Origin: Eledone cirrhosa
Taxonomy: Eukaryota
Reading direction: 5' to 3'
DNA: 64,000 nucleotides
Assembly (NCBI GenBank): GCA_964016885.1
Contig: OZ024745.1
Coordinates: forward strand, 930,001-994,000
In this document: positions 50,101 through 61,750 of the stretch, one piece after another
Layout of the letters: the number at the start of each line of letters is the position of its first letter
Numbering within the stretch: the stretch's first letter is position 1
Program-made: the position numbers and the translations under genes
The notes under the pieces: model-generated
Told to the model about the DNA's origin: nothing
Databases searched by the model: none
What the model saw: the letters and a program-made list of their open reading frames with translations, nothing else

Positions 50101-53100
50101 GGATACAGTGTACCTATTCTAAACTAGATATACATGGTATTACAACATACAGGGATACAGTGTACCTATTCTAAACTAGATATACATGGTCTTATGACAT
50201 ACAGGGATACAGTGTACCTATTCTAAACTAGATATACATGGTCTTACAACATACAGGGATACAGTGTACCTATTCTAAACTAAATATATATGGTATTATG
50301 ACATACAGTGATACAGTGTACCTATTCTAAACTAGATATACATGGTATTACAACATACAGGGATACAGTGTCCCTATTCTAAACTAGATATATATGGTAT
50401 TACAACATACAGGGATACAGTGTACCTATTCTAAACGAGATATACATGGTATTACAGCATACAGGGATACAATGTATCTATTCTAAACTAGATATACATG
50501 GTATTATGACATACAGGGATACAGTGTACCTATTCTAAACTAGATATATATGGTATTACAACATACAGGGATACAGTGAACCTATTCTAAACTAGATATA
50601 CATGGTATTACAACATACAGGGATACAGTGTACCTATTCTAAACTAGATATATATGGTCTTACAACATACAGAGATACAATGTACCTATTCTAAACTAGA
50701 TATACATGGTATTACAACATACAGGGATACAGTGTACCTATTCTAATCTAGATATATATGGTATTACAACATACAGGGATACAGTGTACCTATTCTAAAC
50801 TAGATATATATGGTATTACAACATACAGGGATACAGTGTACCTATTCTAAACGAGATATACATGGTATTACAGCATACAGGGATACAATGTATCTATTCT
50901 AAACTAGATATACATGGTATTATGACATACAGGGATACAGTGTACCTATTCTAAACTAGATATATATGGTATTACAACATACAGGGATACAGTGTACCTA
51001 TTCTAAACTAGATATACATGGTACTACAACATACAGGGATACAGTGTACCTATTCTAAACTAGATATATATGGTCTTACAACATACAGGGATACAGTGTA
51101 CCTATTCTAAACTAGATATACATGGTATTACAACATACAGGGATACAGTGTACCTATTCTAAACTAGATATACATGGTCTTATGACATACAGGGATACAG
51201 TGTACCTATTCTAAACTAGATATACATGGTCTTACAACATACAGGGATACAGTGTACCTATTCTAAACTAAATATATATGGTATTATGACATACAGGGAT
51301 ACAGTGTACCTATTCTAAACTAGATATATATGGTCTTACATCATACAGGGATACAGTGTACCTATTGTAAACTAGATATATATGGTATTACAACATACAG
51401 GGATACAGTGTACCTATTCTAAACTAGATATACATGGTATTAACACATACAGAGATACAGTGTACCTATTCTAAACTAGATATACATGGTATTACATCAT
51501 ACAGGGATACAGTGTACCTATTGTAAACTAGATATACATGGTATTACAACATACAGGGATACAGTGTACCTATTCTAAACTAGGTATATATGGTATTACA
51601 AAATACAGGGATACAGTGTACCTATTCTAAACTAGGTATACATGGTATTAACACATACAGAGATACAGTGTACCTATTCTAAAATAGATATATATGGTCT
51701 TACATCATACAGGGATACAGTGTACCTATTCTAAACTAGATATACATGGTATTACATCATACAGGGATACAGTGTACCTATTCTAAACTAGATATATATG
51801 GTATTACAACATACAGGGATAGTGTACCTATTCTAAGCCAGATATACATGGTATAATGACATACAGGAATACAGTGTACCTATTCTAAACTAGATATACA
51901 TGGTGTTATGACATACAGGGATACAGTGTCCCTATTCTAAACTAGATATATATGGTATTACAACATACAGGGATACAGTGTACCTATTCTAAACGAGATA
52001 TACATGGTATTACAGCATACAGGGATACAATGTATCTATTCTAAACTAGATATACATGGTATTATGACATACAGGGATACAGTGTACCTATTCTAAACTA
52101 GATATATATGGTATTACAACATACAGGGATACAGTGAACCTATTCTAAACTAGATATACATGGTATTACAACATACAGGGATACAGTGTACCTATTCTAA
52201 ACTAGATATATATGGTCTTACAACATACAGAGATACAATGTACCTATTCTAAACTAGATATACATGGTATTACAACATACAGGGATACAGTGTACCTATT
52301 CTAATCTAGATATATATGGTATTACAACATACAGGGATACAGTGTACCTATTCTAAACTAGATATATATGGTATTACAACATACAGGGATACAGTGTACC
52401 TATTCTAAACGAGATATACATGGTATTACAGCATACAGGGATACAATGTATCTATTCTAAACTAGATATACATGGTATTATGACATACAGGGATACAGTG
52501 TACCTATTCTAAACTAGATATATATGGTATTACAACATACAGGGATACAGTGTACCTATTCTAAACTAGATATACATGGTATTACAACATACAGGGATAC
52601 AGTGTACCTATTCTAAACTAGATATATATGGTCTTACAACATACAGGGATACAGTGTACCTATTCTAAACTAGATATACATGGTATTACAACATACAGGG
52701 ATACAGTGTACCTATTCTAAACTAGATATACATGGTCTTATGACATACAGGGATACAGTGTACCTATTCTAAACTAGATATACATGGTCTTACAACATAC
52801 AGGGATACAGTGTACCTATTCTAAACTAAATATATATGGTATTATGACATACAGGGATACAGTGTACCTATTCTAAACTAGATATATATGGTCTTACATC
52901 ATACAGGGATACAGTGTACCTATTGTAAACTAGATATATATGGTATTACAACATACAGGGATACAGTGTACCTATTCTAAACTAGATATACATGGTATTA
53001 ACACATACAGAGATACAGTGTACCTATTCTAAACTAGATATACATGGTATTACATCATACAGGGATACAGTGTACCTATTGTAACCTAGATATACATGGT

Positions 53101-53699
53101 ATTACAACATACAGGGATACAGTGTACCTATTCTAAACTAGATATATATGGTCTTACAACATACAGGGATACAGTGTACCTATTCTAAACTAGATATACA
53201 TGGTATTACATCATACAGGGATACAGTGTACCTATTCTAAACTAGATATATATGGTATTACAACATACAGTGTACCTATTTAAAACTAGATATATATGGT
53301 ATTACAACATACAGGGATACAGTGTACCTATTCTAAACTAGATATACATGGTATTACAACATACAGGGATACAGTGTACCTATTCTAAACTAGGTATATA
53401 TGGTATTACAAAATACAGGGATACAGTGTACCTATTCTAAACTAGATATATATGGTCTTACAACATACAGAGATACAGTGTACCTATAATAAAATAGATA
53501 TACATGGTATTATGACATACAGGGATACAGTGTACCTATTCTAAACTAGATATATATGGTATTACAACATACAGGGATACAGTGTACCTATAATAAAATA
53601 GATATACATGGTATTATGACATACAGGGATACAGTGTACCTATTCTAATCTAGATATATATGGTATTACAACATACAGGGATACAGTGTACCTATTCTA

Positions 53700-56600
53700 A
53701 ACTAGATATATATGGTATTACAACATACAGGGATACAGTTTACCTATTCTAAACTAGATATATATGGTATTACAACATACAGGGATACAGTGTACCTATT
53801 CTAAACTAGGTATATATGGTATTACAACATACAGGGATACAGTGTAACTATTCTAAACTAGATATACATGGTATTACAACATACAGGGATACAGTGTACC
53901 TATTTTAAACTAGATATACATGGTAGTATGACATACAGGGATACAGCGTACCTATTCTAAACTAGATATACATGGTCTTACAACATACAGGGATACAGTG
54001 TACCTATTCTGAACTAGATATATATGGTATTATGACATACAGGGATACAGTGTACCTATTCTAAACTAGATATACATGGTCTTATGACATACAGGGATAC
54101 AGTGTACCTATTCTAAGCTAGATATACATGGTATTACAACATACAAGGATACAGTGTACCTATTCTAAACTAGATATATATGGTATTACAACATACAGAG
54201 ATACAGTGTACCTATAATAAAATAGATATACATGGTATTATGACATACAGGGATACAGTGTACCTATTCTAAATTTGATATACATGGTATTACAACATAC
54301 AGAGATACAGTGTACCTATTCTAAACTAGATATACATGGTATTACAACATACAGGGATACAGTGTACCTATTCTAAGCTAGATATATATGGTCTTACATC
54401 ATACAGGGATATAGTGTACCTATTGTAAACTAGATATATATGGTATTACAACATACAGGGATACAGTGTACCTATTGTAAACTAGATATATATGGTATTA
54501 CAACATACAGGGATACAGTGTACCTATTCTAAACTAGATATACATGGTATTACAACATACAGGGATACAGTGTACCTATTATAAGCTAGATATATATGGT
54601 CTTACATCATACAGGGATACAGTGTACCTATTGTAAACTAGATATATATGGTATTACAACATACAGGGATACAGTGTACCTATTCTAAACTAGATATACA
54701 TGGTATTAACACATACAGAGATACAGTGTACCTATTCTAAACTAGATATAGATGGTATTACATCATACAGGGATACAGTGTACCTATTGTAAACTAGATA
54801 TATATGGTATTACAACATACAGTGTACCTATTCTAAACTAGATATATATGGTATTACAACATACAGGGATACAGTGTACCTATTCGAAACTAGATATACA
54901 TGGTATTACAACATACAGGGATACAGTGTACCTATTCTAAACTAGATATATATGGTATTACAACATACAGGGATACAGTGTACCTATTCTAAACTAGATA
55001 TACATGGTATTACATCATACAGAGATACAGTGTACCTATTCTAAACTAGATATATATGGTATTACAACATACAGGGATACAGTGTACCTATTCTAAGCAA
55101 GATATACATGGTATTATGACATACAGGGATACAGTGTACCTATTCTAAGCTAGATATATATGGTTTTACATCATACAGGGATACAGTGTAACTATTGTAA
55201 ACTAGATATATATGGTATTACAACATACAGGGATACAGTGTACCTATTGTAAACTAGATATATATGGTATTACAACATACAGGGATACAGTGTACCTATT
55301 CTAAACTAGATATACATGGTATTACAACATACAGGGATACAGTGTACCTATTCTAAACTAGATATATATGGTATTACAACATACAGGGATACAGTGTACC
55401 TATTCTAAACTAGATATACATGGTATTACAACATACAGGGATACAGTGTACCTATTCTAAACTAGATATATATGGTATTACAACATACAGGGATACAGTG
55501 TACCTATTCTAAACTAGATATACATGGTATTACAACATACAGAGATACAGTGTACCTATTCTAAACTAGATATATATGGTCTTATGACATACAGGGATAC
55601 AGTGTACCTATTCTAAACTAGATATATATGGTCTTACAACATACAGAGATACAGTGTACCTATTCTAAACTAGATATATATGGTATTACAACATACAGAG
55701 ATACAGTGTACCTATTCTAAAATAGATATACATGGTATTACAACATACAGGGATACAGTGTACCTATTCTAAACTAGATATATATGGTCTTACAACATAC
55801 ACGAGACAGTGTACCTATTCTAAACTAGATATACATGGTATTACAACATTCAGGGATACAGTGTACCTATTCTAAACTAGATATATATGGTATTACAACA
55901 TACAGAGATACAGTGTACCTATTCTAAACTAGATATATATGGTCTTACAACATACAGAGATACAATGTACCTATTCTAAACTAGATATACATGGTATTAC
56001 AACATACAGGGATACAGTGTACCTATTCTGATCTAGATATATATGGTATTATAACATACAGGGATACAGTATACCTATTCTAAACTAGATATATATGGTA
56101 TTACAACATACAGGGATACAGTGTACCTATTCTAAACTAGATATATATGGTATTACAACATACAGGGATACAGTGTACCTATTCTAAACTAGGTATATAT
56201 GGTATTACAACAAACAGGGATACAGTGTACCTATTCTAAACTAGAAATACATGGTATTACAACATACAGGGATACAGCGTACCTATTTTAAACTAGATAT
56301 ACATGGTAGTATGACATACAGGATTACAGTGTACCTATTCTAAACTAGATATACATGGTATTACAACATACAGGGATACAGTGTACCTATTCTAAACTAG
56401 ATATACATGGTATTATGACATACAGGGATACAGCGTACCTATTCTAAACTAGATATACATGGTCTTACAACATACAGGGATACAGTGTACCTATTCTAAA
56501 CTATATATACATGGTATTATGACATACAACGATACAGTGTACCTAATCTAAACTAGATATACATGGTCTTATGACATACAGGGATACAGTGTACCTATTC

Positions 56601-59600
56601 TAAACTAGATATACATGGTCTTACAACATACAGGGATACAGTGTACCTATTCTAAACTAGATATACATGGTCTTACAACATACAGGGATACAGTGTACCT
56701 ATTCTAAACTAGATATATATGGTATTATGACATACAGGGATACAGTGTACCTATTCTAAACTAGATATACATGGTATTACAACATACAGGGATACAGTGT
56801 ACCTATTCTAAACTAGATATATATGGTCTTACAACATACAGAGATACAATGTACCTATTCTAAACTAGATATACATGGTATTACAACATACAGGGATACA
56901 GTGTACCTATTCTAAACTAGATATATATGGTATTACAACATACAGGGATACAGTGTACCTATTCTAAACTAGATATACATGGTCTTACAACATACAGGGA
57001 TACAGTGTACCTATTCTAAACTAGATATATATGGTCTTACAACATACAGGGATGCTGTGTACCTATTCTAAACTAGATATACATAGTATTATGACATACA
57101 GGGATACAGTGTCCCTATTCTAAAATAGATATATATGGTATTACAACATACAGGGGTACAGTGTACCTATTCTAAACGAGATATACATGGTATTATGACA
57201 TACAGGGATACAGTGTCCCTATTCTAAAATAGATATATATGGTATTACAACATACAGGGGTACAGTGTACCTATTCTAAACGAGATATACATGGTATTAC
57301 AGCATACAGGGATACAGTGTATCTATTCTAAACTAGATATACATGGTATTATGACATACAGGGATACAGTGTACCTATTCTAAACTAGATATATATGGTA
57401 TTACAACATACAGGGATACAGTGTACCTATTCTAAACTAGATATACATGGTATTACAACATACAGGGATACAGTGTACCTATTCTAAACTAGATATATAT
57501 GGTCTTACAACATACAGAGATACAATGTACCTATTCTAAACTAGATATACATGGTATTACAACATACAGGGATACAGTGTACCTATTCTAATCTAGATAT
57601 ATATGGTATTACAACATACAGGGATACAGTGTACCTATTCTAAACTAGATATATATGGTATTACAACATACAGGGATACAGTGTACCTATTCTAAACTAG
57701 ATATATATGGTATTACAACATACAGGAATACAGTGTACCTATTCTAAACTAGATATATATGGTCTTACAACATACGGGGATACAGTGTACCTATTCTAAA
57801 CTTGATATACATGGTATTATAACATACAGAGATACAGTGTACCTATTCTAAACTAGATATATATGGTCTTACACCATACCAGGATACAGTGTACCTATTC
57901 TAAACCATATATATATGGTATTACAACACACAGGGATACAGTATATCTATTCTAAACTAGATATACATAGTATTACAACACAGGGATACAGTATACCTAT
58001 TTTAAACTAGATATACATAGTATTACAACATACAGAGATACAGTGTACCTATTCTAAACTAGATGGTACTACAACATACAGGGATACAGTGTGCCTATTC
58101 TAAACTAGATATATATGGTTTTACTACATACAGGGATACAGTGTACCTATTCTAAACTAGATATACATGGTATTACAACATACAGGGATAGAGTGTAGCT
58201 ATTCTCAACTAGATATATATGGTATTACAACATACAGGGATACAGTGTACCTATTCTAAACTAGATATATATGGTATTACAACATACAGGGATACAGTGT
58301 ACCTATTCTAAACTAGATATACATGGTATTATGACATACAGGGATACAGTGTACCTATTCTAAACTAGATATACATAGTATTACAACATACATCAGAGAT
58401 ACAGTGTACCTATTCTAAACTAGATATACATGGTATTACAACATACAGAGATACAGTGTACCTATTATAAACTAGATATATATGGTATTACAACATAGAG
58501 ATACAGTATACCTATTCTAAACTAGATATATATGGTCTTACAACATACAGGGATACAGTGTACCTATTCTAAACTAGATATACATGGTATTACAACATAC
58601 AGGGATAGAGTGTACCTATTCTAAACTAGATATATATGGTATTACAACATACAGGGATACAGTGTACCTATTCTAAACTAGATATATGTGGTATTACAAC
58701 ATACAGGGATACAGTGTACCTATTCTAAACTAGATATACATAGTATTACAACATACAGAGATACAGTGTACCTATTCTAAACTAGATATATATGGCATTA
58801 CAACATAGAGGGATACAGTGTACCTATTCCAAACTAGATATACATGGTATTACAACATACAGGGATACAGTGTACCTATTCTAAACTAGATATATATGGT
58901 ATTACAACATACAGGGATACAGTGTACATATTCTAAACTTGATATATATGGTCTTATGACATAGAGGGGTACAGTGTACCTATTCTAAACTAGATATATA
59001 TTGTCTTACAACATACAGGGATACAGTGTACCTATTCTAAACTAGATATACATGGTATTACAACATACAGGGATACAGTGTATCTATTCTAAACTAGATA
59101 TATATGGTATTACAACATACAGAGATACAGTGTACCTATTCTAAACTAGATATATATGGCATTACAACATACAGGGATACAGTGTACCTATTCTAAACTA
59201 GATATACATGGTATTACAACATACAGGGATACAGTGTACATATTGTAAACTAGATATATATGGTATTACAACATACAGGGATACAGTGTACCTATTCTAA
59301 ACTACATATATATGGTATTACAATATACAGGGATAAAGTGTACCTATTCTAAACTAGATATACATGGTCTTACAACATACAGGGATACAGTGTACTATTC
59401 TAAACCAGATATATATGGTATTACAACACACAGGGATACAGTATACCTATTCTAAACTAGATATACATAGTATTACAACACACAGGGATACAGTATACCT
59501 ATTCTAAACTAGATATACATAGTATTACAACATACAGAGATACAGTGTACCTATTCTAAACTAGATATACATGGTATTACAACATACAGGGATACAGTGT

Positions 59601-61750
59601 ACCTATTCTAAACTAGATATATATGGTATTACAACATACAGGGATACAGTGTACCTATTCTAAACTAGATATACATGGTATTACAACATACAGGGATAGA
59701 GTGTAGCTATTCTCAACTAGATATATATGGTATTACAACATACAGGGATACAGTGTACCTATTCTAAACTAGATATACATGGTATTATGACATACAGGGA
59801 TACAGTGTACCTATTCTAAACTAGATATACATAGTATTACAACATACAGAGATACAGTGTACCTATTCTAAACTAGATATACATGGTATTACAACATACA
59901 GAGATACAGTGTACCTATTATAAACTAGATATACATAGTATTAAAACATACAGAGATACAGTGTACCGATTCTAAACTAGATATACATAGTATTACAACA
60001 TACAGAGATACAGTGTACCTATTCTAAACTAGATATACATGGTATTACAACATACAGAGATACAGTGTACCTATTATAAACTAGATATACATAGTATTAA
60101 AACATACAGAGATACAGTGTACCTATTCTAAACTAGATATACATGGTATTACAACATACAGGGATACAGTGTACCTATTCTAAACTAGATATATATGGTA
60201 TTACAACATACAGGGATACAGTGTACCTATTCTAAACTAGATATACATGGTATTACAACATACAGGGATAGAGTGTAGCTATTCTCAACTAGATATATAT
60301 GGTATTACAACATACAGGGATACAGTGTACCTATTCTAAACTAGATATACATGGTATTATGACATACAGGGATACAGTGTACCTATTCTAAACTAGATAT
60401 ACATAGTATTACAACATACAGAGATACAGTGTACCTATTCTAAACTAGATATACATGGTATTACAACATACAGAGATACAGTGTACCTATTATAAACTAG
60501 ATATACATAGTATTAAAACATACAGAGATACAGTGTACCTATTCTAAACTAGATATACATAGTATTACAACATACAGAGATACAGTGTACCTATTCTAAA
60601 CTAGATATACATGGTATTACAACATACAGAGATACAGTGTACCTATTATAAACTAGATATACATAGTATTAAAACATACAGAGATACAGTGTACCTATTC
60701 TAAACTAGATATACATGGTATTACAACATACAGGGATACAGTGTACCTATTCTAAACTAGATATATATGGTATTACAACATACAGGGATACAGTGTACCT
60801 ATTCTAAACTAGATATACATGGTATAATGACATACAGGGATACAGTGTACCTATTCTAAACTAGATATACATGGTCTTACAACATACAGAGATACAGTGT
60901 ACCTATTCTAAACTAGATGTACATGGTATTACAACATACAGGGATACAGTGTACCTATTCTAAACTTGATATACATGGTCTTACAGTGTACCTATTCTAA
61001 ACTAGATATACATGGTCTTACAACATACAGGGATACAATGTACCTATTCTAAACTTGATATACATGGTCTTACAACATACAGGGATACAGTGTACCTATT
61101 CTAAACTAGATATACATGGTCTTACAACATACAGAGATACAGTGTACCTATTCTAAACTAGATGTACATGGTATTACAACATACAGAGATACAGTGTACC
61201 TATTCTAAACTAGATGTATATGGTCTTACAACATACAGGGATACAGTGTACCTATTCTAAACTAGATATATATGGTATTACAACATACAGGGATACAGTG
61301 TACCTATTCTAAACTAGATATATATGGTATTACAACATACAGGGATACAGTGTACCTATTCTAAACTAGATATACATGGTATTACAACATACAGGGATAC
61401 AATGTACCTATTCTAAACTAGATATATATGGTATTACAACATACAGGGATACAGTGTACCTATTCTAAACTAGATATACATGGTATTACAACATACAGAG
61501 ATACAGAGTACCTATTCTAAACTAGATATATATGGTATTACAACATACAGGGATGCAGTGTACCTATTCTAAACTAGATATATATGGTATTACAACATAC
61601 AGGGATACAGTGTATCTATTTTAAACTAGATATACATGGTATTACAAAATACAGGGATACAGTGTACCTATTCTAAACTAGATATATATGGTATTATGAC
61701 ATACAGGGATACAGTGTACCTATTCTAAACTAGATATACATTGTATTACA
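53700..61750. repeat. More diverged sub-domain of the same satellite, with many private variants and indels
   Basis: Variants not seen elsewhere include TCTGAAC (54009), TTCGAAAC (54883), ACGAGAC (55801), CAACGATAC (about 56527), GGGGTAC, AGATGGTACT (58061), CATCAGAG (58391), GGCATT, CCGATT (about 59966) and TTACAGTGTA (60981). Confidence 0.85.
59560..60810. repeat. Local 11-monomer (572 bp) tandem duplication containing a doubled 3-monomer (156 bp) unit
   Basis: GAGTGTAGCTATTCTCAAC at 59699 and 60271 (572 apart). CCTATTATAAAC at 59914, 60070, 60486 and 60642 (spacings 156, 416, 156). Confidence 0.88.

Noticed and set aside
53700-61750. Transposon or foreign insertion in the diverged region
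   Set aside because: All sequence there still aligns to the 52-bp monomer in the same orientation, with no terminal repeats, target-site duplication or unique DNA.
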